64,000 nucleotides of DNA from the NCBI RefSeq assembly GCF_031769215.1, contig NW_026782090.1, positions 124,001-188,000 of the forward strand, written 5' to 3'. The notes beneath the pieces are model-generated. The model saw only the letters and a program-made list of their open reading frames with translations. It was not told the DNA's origin and did no database searches. The DNA comes from Ylistrum balloti. Its lineage: Eukaryota. Below are positions 1 to 13,000 of this stretch, one piece after another; the stretch's first letter is position 1, and every line of letters begins with the position of its first letter. Both the position numbers and the translations under genes were made by a program.

Positions 1-100
1 AATCTTTCTTATAATCGTATTTCACTTGTCCTCGTTTGATGGAGTTAAGGATCAGGACTATGTTTATGGTCTTGTAGGTACACTATTACCGATATCTTAC

Positions 101-189
101 ATCCTTGTAACTGATGTCGCTTTTGATTGGGAAATTACGACTAATTTGCCGCTATAAACATCATCATTGGACTCTATAGGATTCTTGTC
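101..189 (-). CDS. Weak candidate downstream exon of the TNFR-like gene
   Basis: Acceptor gtttctcag|GAC and donor GGAT|gtaaga. Open in phase 0 (DKNPIESNDDVYSGKLVVISQSKATSVTR) but gives GQESYRVQ-stop if joined directly to the phase-1 TM exon. No family motif recognised. Confidence 0.2.
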
Positions 190-1344
190 CTGAGAAACTT
201 TATTCGACAATAAATATGTTAAGATGACTTATCGGCTTTTTCAGCAGTCATTTATAATTCAAAAAACACGATAAGATATATCTACGTTTAAGCCATAATA
301 ATAAATTCTTGGTGGACAAAAATAAGAATTTACCTGGAGTTGTTCGAGCAGAAATCCTTGGTTGAATTAGAGCTTAAATTACTTAGGTATACCCTTCATA
401 AACAGATAAGGTAAGGAGGGAAAACATTCCAGATGTGACAGACTTATAATTATCTCTAGATATCAAAATCTCAAATTACCTACAATTTACCTACATAAAC
501 TTGGGCGACGTTTGACACGACAGAAAACACTGATTTTACTTCACTGAATCTCGATCATTAGTCACGCCGTGTTGTTCTAGTGTATTGTCACGCTATTCTA
601 ATGTCCATCTCTCTATACCTACATAAAACCCTCTCCTCGTGTGTCCACTACTAGTAAAGATAGGTTACACTCTCGCAGCGTCCTTAACTTATGTTATCAC
701 AACATGCCTGCATGTCAGCTTCATCAAAAATTTACAATCAATATCTGTGATCCAAATTATTATTTAATTATAAACCACAGATTGATTTTAGATTGAATAT
801 TTTATAATACTAACATGGCTTCTCTAAAATAAAAGTTAAAACCAATATACTTCTCTACTTCCTGACATCTACTAAACTAACAAGGGACAGTATCACTGAC
901 GTGGTATTGCGTGTTGTAGATAATCTACCGTGATCAGTTTCATTGAGACTTATGGTCGACTTATTTATCTTTATATATACATTTGATTAAATACTTAGCT
1001 TGATATATGTCCGTCTAAACACTGGCACGAAAGATACCAGATACATGTCTTGTTCCATAAATCAAACATATCGTAGCCCTAACGTTTCCCTGATACTCAC
1101 ATATTCAGCGGACATAGCTGAAGTCTGGTATTAACAGCAAACTGTACTTGCTTTCCATTTACATATCTAAACTGTTTCGTTACTCCCCGTCTCATTTTCC
1201 CGCTTTCTCTCTCTTTTCTGATAATATATCGTCTACTTGACGAATTTTTAAAATCGTAAAACTTTATAATAAGCATAATCATAACACTACAGTTCCTAAC
1301 AAAACAATTGTTAAAATAATGAAAAGTTAACCTCTTGACCTTAC

Positions 1345-1599
1345 CTTTCTTACAATACGCCTCCTCTTCGTCCGATTTCTCAATTATTCTTTCCATTAAC
1401 TTTTTAAACTGGTCCTCAGTAAGTGGATCCTCTACATGTCGCGATTGTCGTCGACGCCTTAGACAGATGAAGATTAAAATGATGAAGAGAATGAGAACGA
1501 CAGATCCAACAACGAGACCAATGATTGCCCCTGTACCCAGAATGCCTTGATCGTTTCCCACTCCGTTGTCAGCAGTGGCATTTTCACATTTTGAGACAT
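1345..1599 (-). CDS. TNF receptor superfamily-like gene, exon encoding stalk, transmembrane helix and proximal cytoplasmic tail
   Basis: Acceptor ttccttacag|AT (AG at 1601-1600) and donor AAAG|gtaagg (GT at 1344-1343); 255 nt, phase 1 to phase 1. Reads (D)VSKCENATADNGVGNDQGILGTGAIIGLVVGSVVLILFIILIFICLRRRRQSRHVEDPLTEDQFKKLMERIIEKSDEEEAYCKK: a hydrophobic run followed by an RRRR stop-transfer, typical of a type I membrane protein. Confidence 0.9.
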
Positions 1600-1711
1600 C
1601 TGTAAGGAATGAAACAGTAGGGCATAATTAACATTCTACGCTTTATTTTACTGTTAAGAGAATTTTTTAATATATCAATAATTAACAACAATTGCGAAAC
1701 AAGCTTTTATA

Positions 1712-1860
1712 AATAACTATTGTTGGCCTGGATGGTAGCTCGCGAGAAGTCCTACTGTAGGAGAAAACCGGAGTACCCGGGGAAAACCAACATGGTCGAC
1801 AAGGTGGTCTCATACCTTTTCACGTCTGGTCCGGGAATCGAATCCCGGAGGCTGAAGTGT
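1712..1860 (-). mobile_element. tRNA-derived SINE fragment with V/Meta-type central domain
   Basis: Minus strand reads GGGATTCGATTCCCGG (B box), then GTGAAAAGGTATG, then GGTTTTCCCCGGGTACTCCGGTTTTCTCCTACA, the conserved central-domain motif of V-/Meta-type SINEs. A related copy lies at 60305-60470. Confidence 0.75.
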
Positions 1861-3503
1861 TTTTGTCGGTTCAAAATTTCGCTGTTTGACTATTTATTTG
1901 AAGAAAAATGAACGTGTTGTTGTTGAAAATAAAAAATATTATTTACTGTATGCGTTTTATCAAATAGGTATCAGTCCTTCTTTATTTCATACTATTTCAA
2001 AACTGGTGAAAAATGAAAACACATGAAAGTAGTGTGGTTTACACTGTGTATAGAAGTTGTTAGCGGTGTTCAGCAAAAGAAGCCTTTGTGATATAAAAAA
2101 GAATATTTAAACGTCACCATCTACCCACTTCTGATTTATATACCTTGGCTTTAGGTTACTATGATTGGACCCGAACATTCTTTACATATATATATTTTTT
2201 TCTTATTCGAAGAAAAGCATACAATAAAATGCTCCAAATCGAGGTTATTATCAAAAGCCACACAACAAACTTGGTTCACTGTTCAGATGAATAGCACAAT
2301 TCATTGCCCATCTCCATCAATGTATATCAATCTTCATTATTCAAAAAAATCAGCATATGAATGTTTATCACTGAGATAAAGTAGAAATGTTTTTGAGTCA
2401 CGCAGATGCTTCAAATAATTTCTATCTATTTCACAAAACATTGCATGGAAACCATCCATTCTCGTTTCTCTACAACATCAGCAACCATTTCTCGCGTTTT
2501 CAAAATCCTTCTTTCAACTGACTGTTGTCAAAACCACTCACTGCTCTAAACCACAAGCTGTTGTCATAGCAACGCAGCGGAGTAAATTACCCAGGAATCT
2601 TTTAGAAACGACGAAAAAAAAATTAAACTCTCAAAGCTAAAACGATTGATTATTTTCGCTTCAAACCGTATCTCTTCACTTTCATCCAGTCTTGTTGAAT
2701 TCAAGAGCTTGGGGAATATACACAGCTCAATTAAGGACCCAATGGGAAGGAACATGTGTGTTTCTAAGTGGATGTTTGGTAAAACTCTTAGTTAAGCAGG
2801 ATCCAGATGTAAACCGCATTAAATGTGTACATTGCTGAAACTGTGGAGGTGGTGAAAGAACTCTTTCTCAACATAACCTTTGGATCTGTTTCAAATATAC
2901 AGTTCTTTGGCAATTAGCAGTTCACTCTACGCTATCTGATTTTCTAACAGATGAGGTGAAGCTATCTATCAATGACGTCACAAAATCAATATTTCCAAGA
3001 TAATTATTTCAACAAATGCATAAAGTTTATCATTCAAATTTATTGCACATATCTACTGAAACGAATTGTAATTGGACGTTCCATTTTATATGTAACACAA
3101 ACCTTTTTTTGGCATTTTTACTCTGTACTCAACAAATCCCTAAACACACTCCAAACCTTCTTTTCTCTATTTCAACTCGTAAATATCAACTTGTTAAAAG
3201 GCATGAAGCCATCATTACTTGTTTCTCAGAATTAACCTGTATGTCATTTTCACTTCGTGAACGGAAATCGAAATACCGTCAGGAAAGTGATTCCATACCT
3301 ATTTTACATCTGATCGGGTACTCAAATCCAGACTGTCTTGGTGAAGGACGAGTTGATTATCCACTACGCTATCTAACATGTCATTTTTGAGGAATATTGT
3401 TCGGAAGGACTTCCTAATGCAAACTTGTTTTAAACCCACATTTTATGATAATTTCTGAACACTTGTTACTTTTTTATAGACCAGTAACATAGGTGATGCT
3501 TAC

Positions 3504-3583
3504 CTTTAACTCTATTACTTCCACATATGTTGTCGAATGTCCCATTGCTTTTTGTTTTTGTACACCGACTGTCCTTTTCACAA
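3504..3583 (-). CDS. TNFR-like gene, last cysteine-rich-domain exon
   Basis: Acceptor ttttgtcatttaacag|T and donor AAAG|gtaagc; 80 nt, phase 2 to phase 1. Reads (N)CEKDSRCTKTKSNGTFDNICGSNRVK(D) and joins in frame with both neighbours. The correct frame is not in the ORF track. Confidence 0.88.
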
Positions 3584-6213
3584 CTGTTAAATGACAAAAA
3601 GGTATACAGTAAAATATATGTCGACCCTTTACAGACAAATAGCTATATGAATTGTTCAATTATATAACGGAACAAGTTATAGGGAGAAATACAAAAAAGA
3701 AAAATAAATAAATAGTCAAATTTACACCATACAAATATAACAACAGAAACCATTCTTGGACGAATATAATAACAGAAGTAGTTGTATGTAGAAAGGTAGC
3801 AGAAATTGTCGAAAAATAAACAAAACTACATAAAAAATAACTACACAGTTTTTTGAGAAGTTTGACAAGAGTGACTTATCTCCAGAAGTTGACGTTGTTT
3901 ATCTCTACTATTTCCAAAACACGGACCAGACTATAAACTTTGTTTCACCATGACCCATACAGATACTGGTTTAAATTTAGTGCCAGATACAACTGTCGAA
4001 ATCTATTATGATAGTGCTCTCAAAATGCGCTTTATATAAAGTATAAAACTTCCATTCTAATAGCAGAGCCTTATCAAGCTGAGAAACACGAACGTAAACA
4101 ACAGATAAGACAGAGAGAGAGGGAAATGGAAAGTGTATTGGAATGTCGGACAGAGACAACATATGTCAGTTTTTTTAACAGTACTTCGTCAATCTCTGGA
4201 ATGCAACAGTGACCGATAACAGATATTGTAACATGTAGGTAACACTTGTGTTGTATTCAGACAATGCTTAAGACACAGCATGTGTCTAAAATTATCAGGA
4301 AAACTTAAAATAAATATGGAATAAGACTAGAATCTGATAGAAATCGATAAACACACTACTTTGTAGCAGGTCTGATATGGATCCACGAGAGAAGATGCTG
4401 ACGGCCAGGTAGATAATAGAATCGTAAAATTACTGGCAAAGAATGCTTCAAGATGGAAAACAGAGAGCTATTTATAGGAGGTGTTGAGTATATACCGTCA
4501 GTGACGACAAGTTGGCCTGTTTTCGCAACGTGTATCAAATGTTTGTGATAAAGTAATTAAGTAGAAGTGAAAAACTGTGATACAGGCAGGTGTGAGGGAT
4601 GTAGACGATCCTACAGGCTACGAAGTGCGATAAATGAGCTTGGTTACTGGCTTGGACTATTTTTGTACCGTTACTGTTGTGTTCTGTCGGGGTTTATTCC
4701 GGTTTTGTAAGAAGCTATAGTTGTGCTATACAAGATTCAATTCTCTGTTGTGTTTAAAAGCAAATTTATGAGTCATGTGTAAAATAGAAACTAAGTGTGA
4801 GATGTGAAACTGGTATTATTTTATAATCATACGATTCACTGCATGTGAAGACGGGGATTATTTGAATGTTGCGTGCACTATGAGATCTCAAAAATAAAAA
4901 GAATAAATACCGGACACACTTACAGTAATAATGGATGTTCAATGTAAAAGCTTTGCAGGCGTCCATCAATTCAATAATCTCATTTTAATACATGAAATGC
5001 ATGTATTTTGCCTCCCACATTCCATTGCTTTATATGTGTATGTTAAGTTTATTCTGAGCCCACTGGTGATATCAGTAAGACCATTTAAGAATTTTAATTT
5101 TAACAGGTGTGTAGCTTTAAAACAAAATAACAGAAACCGAATAATCACAAGGAAAACCCATTTGTATGGATTGCAACTTCTAACCTAATTAGTTATGCAT
5201 TTACGTTTCCTATGATAAGAGTTTATTGTTTATGATTACACCAGCTCACGTTGATGAGACCTGACATTTGCACTATCTTAACATAACCAAATCAATCGGT
5301 TACATCAGCTCCGACACAATTTGACGGCGTGCATTCAATACTGGAGAATTTTGGTTAAAATGAAAAGAAAATCGATTTTAGTGCTGCCTTTTTGGAAAGC
5401 TATCACCGTATACCCTAGTGGCGGGGTATACAGGCTGAGCTATGTACATCCTATATATATGTGTTACTCAGCAATGTCTATATAGACACACTGCTGGCGT
5501 GCTCGCATTCAAATTCGATTTTTCCAAGAAAGCTTGTCAACCATTCCCATTGCGTAACATATAGCATTCAATGAAACATTTATTTTCTAGGCTGGCGTTC
5601 ACTAGGAAATCTAAAATGTATTTCTCCTGGTGGAATCACATCAGAGAATGTGGTCCATACGGACTTAAACGTTCTGGCAATGATCGATACCAACATCTCA
5701 ATCTTTTCGCAAGACACAGAACAGTTCTTCAAGAAAGAATTTTCAAACGGTAGAAATGTTATTTGTAAATTCCTTTGAGATTCTTACAAAGAGTTGCGTT
5801 TTCGATCAACGACGTTTTAAGAAGTTGTGATAAAAGCTGCATAAAAATCAAAAAGAGACAGCAGTGTTGGTAACTTATAAGCTACAGAAACACCAAATGG
5901 GGCGGTGTGGGTAGGGCGAAGGGTTTAAAACAACATTACCTGTACTAATGGTAGGACATTACATATCACTCAATGACAGACTGTTTCACTTTAACAAAAT
6001 TCAAGTACAGTGTTTGTTTGCTTTATTTTTGCTTTTTTAAATTATTTAAAGGTCAACCCGACCATTTAAGTCGTACATGGCTTGGTTTGAAAGGAACGTG
6101 CACACATATGCACATTCGAAATACCTTATGTTGAACTGAAATCAGTGTCTCGACAAACGTCATATTTAACCCATATTCCGAGAAACGTAACTTTCGTTAT
6201 AGTTAATACTTAC

Positions 6214-6292
6214 TTTGTTAAGGGCTGGCATCTCTGGATTTTGTCCTTTTTGTCTGAGTACATGTTGATGTCAATGCATTTTTCACATTTCC
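6214..6292 (-). CDS. TNFR-like gene, cysteine-rich-domain exon
   Basis: Acceptor aattttccttcacag|GG and donor ACAAA|gtaagt; 79 nt, phase 1 to phase 2. Reads (G)KCEKCIDINMYSDKKDKIQRCQPLT(N), a C-x2-C...YS...C TNFR pattern. Confidence 0.9.
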
Positions 6293-6541
6293 CTGTGAAG
6301 GAAAATTACAATTAGTTACTATTGTTTTAACATAATTAATTGTAGCCAACATGTCAACAGTTGATGTTTTATGACCTTTGATATTTTGGTACATGACATT
6401 CGCTCCATTTAACAATTCAGCTTCGATTAAAAATTTCAACAAAGAGAAATTACATTTTTCATTTATTTATATATTTATAAATATTATTTTTACTTTTACT
6501 GACATTAAATTTTAATGTTTTATTGATTTCCAATCATTTAC

Positions 6542-6705
6542 CATAATCCCCTTGTCCATATCCTTTGTCGCATACTTTATTTGGTACGCATGCGCGCTGG
6601 TCTATGTTTTCGAAGTGAAAGCCTGGACTACACTTGCAGTCTGCGTCCCTGATAGTACTACCGTAGTCCTTGTAGGTCATGTTCGGCCGGGAATCACACA
6701 CCTTC
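6542..6705 (-). CDS. TNFR-like gene, cysteine-rich-domain exon
   Basis: Acceptor cttattcag|G and donor TATG|gtaaat; 164 nt, phase 2 to phase 1. Reads (R)KVCDSRPNMTYKDYGSTIRDADCKCSPGFHFENIDQRACVPNKVCDKGYGQGDY(G). G-x4-D-x2-C-x-C-x-PG-F is the classic TNFR CRD junction. Confidence 0.93.
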
Positions 6706-6908
6706 CTGAATAAGACATTTATTAAGGTATATAATAACAAGCAAACATGAAATGTTTCCGTATCAAAATCTATAAATAAACTTTGTGTCATTTGTTTATA
6801 AATGTACGTGTGGTACATGTTATCTTTATACTACTTTTGATTTTTACAATGGCTGAACATTAATTATTCAGTTCAAAGACATTTTTTTAGAATACTTAAA
6901 AGATTTAC

Positions 6909-7020
6909 CTGAGACGGCATTTGTCTCCCCAGACATTTCTGTCCGGTTGGAAGGTGGCGTCCGAGCACTGCTTACATTTGAATGACCCCGCCTCCTCCGG
7001 GCATGGCGCCATCTCGTGTC
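6909..7020 (-). CDS. TNFR-like gene, cysteine-rich-domain exon
   Basis: Acceptor tcttctatttgacag|GA and donor CTCAG|gtaaat; 112 nt, phase 1 to phase 2; locally GC-rich. Reads (G)HEMAPCPEEAGSFKCKQCSDATFQPDRNVWGDKCRL(R), a C..C-x2-C-x3-TFQ...C TNFR pattern. Confidence 0.92.
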
Positions 7021-10000
7021 CTGTCAAATAGAAGACAGAAACATTTTAGACTTCTGTTTTAGAAACGAAACGTGCTGTTTTAGATCGATTTCATTTCAGA
7101 TCACCTGTTGTATGTATTTTCTCTCTATTTTCAGCCAACGAATTGTGTTACCTAGACAGAAACTTCAGGCAAAGTATACAATTAAAGACGCCAAAAGCGT
7201 CCGAAGTCAGTAAACATTTTGGCGGTTAATCACTCAGGCGGGGACCATCGATTTTCAAGATTTTGCGTCTTCCTTAAAATGGATTGGAAGTCACACTAGT
7301 GGTTAGGTAATGACATCGCGGACATAACACAACATGTAATATGATATCGTCATGTTTTCTTTCGACAATTTATCACGTGTCACTATTGACAGAATCAATG
7401 AACGAAACTGAAGACAAAACAATTGATCACATGGTTACATCTCAGTTCGTGTCTACAATTCGCTTTCAAATGATAACATATGGTTTAGTTATAATGGTGA
7501 TTCCTGTCAACATAACGCTAAACACTCTACACCTGACATTAAGGGTAATGTACTAGAATCAATCGCTCATCTGACAACGTTATTCGAAATGCAAATTTGA
7601 GTCAATTTCGTGTTATAAATGATTAGTGCAAGAGAATAAAAAAGAATCTACTAATTACCAAACGGGCTTGTGAAACAAATCCGGAAAGAACTGCCATATT
7701 ACACACAAGTACTAGTTTGAACCTTGTTGTGCTAACATACACGTTCTTCGTCAAATATTTAAACACTACTTGCAACAGTTAAATCAGCCCGTCTTTACAC
7801 TGTTACACTGGTTAGTCTGCTGTTTTATGGAGACAGATAATATGTAATTGACTTTAAACCGGATTCATTAAAACAGTTTCAATTAATTATTTCAGAGAAA
7901 TTAAATGTCATTCATATCAAGCTTGCCGTATTCGACCGCTTGTCCATATCACCAAAACCAGTAATCACTCCATTTTAACCCATCATATCTTCATCTTCAT
8001 CACATTGACAGATAATTCTATACAATGTCTTTGCCTTATGGTGTTGCCTCAACGTAAGGTGTTATGATCATTGGGGGAAATCCTTTTTTTTTCATTTTAC
8101 CTTTACCAATGGGACAATTCTACTGGATAAATGTTATAATTTTACAGACCTTGGTTAATATTGGGAATTACGGGTTTCTAGTCTTCATACACATGTGAAG
8201 TATTTAGCAAGTTCCAAGACGCTACCAGACAATGTTATCTTTCTCTCGATGGTTCGTAAGAAATTATTTGAGAAGTTGGGCGGACGAAAAACAGACTGTG
8301 CGTCACGGAATTAAGCAGGAAGAGACAGTCCTGAGGTGGCGTAAAGCGATCAGGTAACAAACCCAGAAGTTCTTTCTAGTGATCGTTACAAAGCAGTTCT
8401 ATCAAACGCTTTTGAATGGGGCTCCCAACGGGATATTTTTATATCATCAATAAATCACCATTACATGTTAGACCCATCTCGTGCAGCATTAGATCATTTG
8501 TTCTAGCTCTCTCGTTGCACTATTGATCTACGCTTTTTTCCTGTCGAGTAGGTCTGATCTAAAGGGATTTCTTAGTTCTCATATTTCTACATTAACAATG
8601 ACCAATATGTTATTTTCAGACAAGGCAGCAGATTAATGAAGGGGTAGACTTAAAATGTGCTAAACCATTCAGATAAACATAGAAAAAATCTACCTCTTAA
8701 CAGTCAAGAACCTCGAAATAAAAACGAATTCTCTTAAAGTTGGACAACTTTTCTAGACACCAGAGCACAACAACAACAACAAAAAAAAAAACAAAACAAG
8801 AACAAACATACAATACGATAATACACCATACAAGTATCAGCTCTCCTGTGTGTACCCCACTGATAAGTATATCCATTAAAATTCTGGCATCATATTTTGA
8901 TATTTTGATTTTAATTTTTTTAAATCGAGTTCTAGGAGAGTTCTGGTTATCAGGACCTAACAACAGGAGAATTTGTTTTATTTGGCCAGTAATCTCGCTA
9001 CTAGAGTGATTATGTCGGGTAAACCATTAGAGTGATTACATCAGGTAAATTTACACAGACATTTTAATGACGACCTTACTCGGTGATGAACCACCGTTAG
9101 TTCATTTCCATGACAGCTCGGACATTTTTTGTCAGCTCACTCACTATCATTTCATTTGATTATATCATCGTTAAAGTTGCACGAATCCGACAGACATTTA
9201 GTTCCGAACATATACTGGATAATTACGTCCATATCATTTACTATATAGACCACACTAATTAACAAGATATGTGGATTTAATGAGACGACTTAGCAATATT
9301 CGATAACAAACTTCCAGGTTCCCAATTCTCTTATCAATTAAGTCGTACTACTTCTAATATGATGATAACCATGAAGCCACGATCTGACCAATACTCTAAT
9401 CTAATAATACCACTGATCAGACAAAGAAAAATCGAACTGTGCGTGTGCTGTGAGTAGATCGACTCTAAGCCTCCAATACATCCTCGAAAGAATGGAAGGA
9501 CATATATACAGCTCAACAGCATTCAACATTATAATTGGGCTTCGTCGGACCAAAAGCCATTGGTCTTATTATTTCAGTGTCCAATTCCCAAGATAATCTC
9601 TCGTCCCGATCGACCACAGCCGCTTGTGACGCGTAATGGAGGTTTGGCATGCATACGAATGCACGAGTAGATTTGTCTTATTGTAAATGGACCAGTGTAT
9701 TGTGGTGCTGTAACAACTTCGAGACTCACTGAACGTCTCTCGTCTTCATTATCCCATTCATTTTACTGAAAACAATATCTCCTACAGATTCAACAAACGT
9801 TGGGGGATCAGGCATGCTATCATAACAAAAAGTTCGGAACAGGGAAAGTATCATATTAATCATACGTGTTTAGCATACGGTGAAACAGTCCTTGTTGTTG
9901 TTAAAGAGACAGGTAAGGTCTAATTCAGGAGTAAGGCGTAACTTTAAATCTGAACGTTATAATTAGATAAATCGTTCCCGTATCAGAAACAGGAAACCAA

Positions 10001-13000
10001 ATTAAGAAATAAAAACAATGACTTCACCAGTCGAAAATATTTAAAATCCAAGTCACCTTCACTGTCGTCAAGTAAATCGTGTCCCCTTCTATAACTAAAC
10101 AAAGCTCTTCAAGATTAAGTGGTAACCCCCACCCCCCGCACTTACACCAATAGTTGGTAAATACACTTTCTTGATTGATATACTAACGTTAACATCTTTA
10201 GGGTGCAAGCGGCAAATTCAACATTATGATGACAAAGATGTGCACTAATCTTGTCTTTTATGACTTAAGGCGTCTACTATGTGCCTGTGTTTTTGATGAC
10301 TTAACTCTACATGTATGTGTTTCTTTGTGTCTGATAATGTATACCTGTTTGGTACATTGACAATACAGTTCTAGCTACCCAGACTACATTTTGTTTAACA
10401 GGCCCTTTGTCACAACCAATGTTACAGATATATCGATAACGATGTCGAACAAACAACAGTGCTTGTAGAAACACACAAGATTTTTTACCAGAAATACAAG
10501 TCGCTTGCTCGTAATAGACGTCTTAGTATATTTCATTGTACACAATTTCAAACAAAGTTTTTTTTTACGTTTGAACTTTTCTTGTTTCCTAACAATAGCT
10601 AAGATCCTACATATGTTGTGTATTTGTAAATGTAAAACAGTATAGTTTTTATCGTCTCATAATCTTTGTTACATATACTGGAGCTCATAAAAGCGATTGT
10701 ACGAATGATACGGCAATGTGACTTTGTGTAGATGTCTGCTAAGTCTGGTGTCAAATTCCATTGTGTTAGGTCTGTATGACATTGCGAACATCCTTCATTC
10801 CTTATTTTCAGTCGACTACCCATAAACGTCTTTTTATGTATATTGTTTTACACTAACTACAATGCTTTGGCTTTCTATCTTCTTTCAGATAACACTCGCA
10901 CCACTTACACAAGTAAAATATAAGCAGCCTGGACACCACGGATATCCGTAGCCCCTGTACCATAATTATACTTCAAAATTTATTGGTCCTTCCAAAATAT
11001 TTTATCTGTAATTTGCTTATATGAATCCCTTCTCTGCAACTTTTGAGTAAACAGTATGTAATATCGATTTCAAAATCCTATTTCGCTACGTCTACTTTAA
11101 TCCTTCCCCGAGACCCTTTAGCACAGCGCTGATATATATGAGACTTGGCCCCCAGGGACCTGAATGAAGATAAGACCATACGACGGTGGCATCTCTTGTG
11201 TGTTTTCTGTTTCTATTTACCAAGTAGCTGGATGTTACAAAGCCCACTACCTATTGATTTTCTGTGTTTGTTTCTGGTCAACACCATCCGTCACTGAGCA
11301 CTATTGCAGGAGATTCCGCGCGCGACTACTCTCTAACACTTGTCATTTCTCACGCCTGTCCAATGTCACACAAAAACCAATGATACAGGACATTAAAGGC
11401 TTTGTAGCATCGTGCTCAAAGACAAAATGAAATATTGATGCGATTTGATTAATTAGATTCATGTTCCCTCAGGTTTCAGTGAATTGTCTTTATATATGAG
11501 CTTACCTATAGACAGAAAAATGTTACAACATGTGAGGATGTGATCGGAAATATTTTGTTATACAAGTCAAACCGTCCGAGAGCTATTTACAACAATGAAT
11601 GCAACTAAGTGATTCTGTGAAAGGTTTTTTCTTTGCCAATGATTAAATGTACACAGAAAACTTTTTAATGGAACTCTTTAGAACGAATTTTAACACACAG
11701 AGTTGATTGAAAGAAGAAATGATTAAGAATTTAGACGATTTCCAAAAATCTCAATCTTCCAATCATTCCCCGCCGATGTCCAAATGGCCGAGACACCCGT
11801 CTTAATTTAAACATTCTACAAAATAAGTTAACACTGGTTGCATGACGTCATTACTGATAAGAAAGATAGGACAACCCAGTAGGACTTGTATAGACGGATT
11901 TGTTACCTCACCCTGCTACCTAAATAAAAGGCCCGCCAGTATATCATTTAACAACTACATCTGTAGGACCAGAGATTTGGGTCCTCACCGCCCTCAGCGC
12001 CAGCTGCTTGTATGGAACATGGAACCACGGATCAATACAAACCTCAGAAGTCCAACTGAGACTTCGTATCTTTTCGGTTTATACTGCCGCATTGCTGCTC
12101 ACAAGCCAGCAATGCGCTGTGCATACTTGTTTTGAAATCCCTGTTTATCTTAAAGTCAGACATTTTTTTATTTCAATATAACTGATTGATCTCCAATGTC
12201 AGGTCTTTTCAAACTGCGATGTTTTCAAGTTCTGTTATCCGTACGGAGTAATGAAGTTCGTCTCTTACACCCCGAGTTCTCCAGAAATAGTTCTAGTGGT
12301 CCGTGTGGTCTTTTGACTGTATTCCAGAAAATCAGCAACCAAACAACGTCTTTGTTCATACTGTCAAAGATTATCGACATTTTCCGAACATTTATCAAGT
12401 TTGACCAAATAATGAAATCGTCGCCTATCCATTTCCGACCAATCAAACTCGCAATGAATGCTGGGACCATCAATATATACATGTGCAGATCGGTTTAATC
12501 ACGAAACCGGAAATTGGTCTGTCCTTCTAAGGAAAGTCTCGCGAGAGTCGATATGTCACGGTATCGGAGTCGTACATACACAGCATCGGCATCTCCTGCG
12601 ACGCAGGTCTGGAAATGTAAACCAGTCATACTCGAACCATTCAAATATCGTCAGCGTTCGTAGAAGTTTTGTAGCAATAAAATGATTTATTTAGGAAACA
12701 GACTATTACTTGCGGTAAAAACGATTGAGATTAATTCAAATTCTTGCATTTATACGAGATGTATTTTATGCATCAGAAAACTGCCTTAAAGAATGCAGGC
12801 GCAGTGTTGAAAACCCCTCAGTATGATGAATTTCTTTTCAAAACTAGTTTATGTTTATAAAAAGATTTATCCTCCGTCTTTTGTCCCTGATTTGTGTAAC
12901 ATAACACTCTGTGTTTGACACTGTAGCCCCGCGTCCCTTCACACAATGGAGCCGAGAACGACACCTTATGAACACAGAGATACAGTCGGGCCGTGTTTCA

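Noticed and set aside
1097-1561. The 154-aa ORF as a complete single-exon protein
   Set aside because: Its start is a GTG inside an exon, a strong acceptor lies 38 nt upstream in frame with CRD exons, and a consensus donor at 1344 precedes intron-like AT-rich sequence.
6218-6442. ORF-track translation MLKFLIEAELL...
   Set aside because: Wrong frame; the TNFR exon at 6292-6214 is in a different frame with proper splice sites. The same applies to ORF 3474-3659.
7657-7722. Hydrophobic segment FKLVLVCNMAVLSGFVSQARL as the TNFR signal-peptide exon
   Set aside because: Weak AAG acceptor, and its phase-0 end cannot join the phase-1 exon at 7020; no bridging exon was found between them.
11104-11125. 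tccccgagaccct as miR-125-like
   Set aside because: The match has a seed mismatch, stops after 13 nt, and no precursor hairpin is evident.
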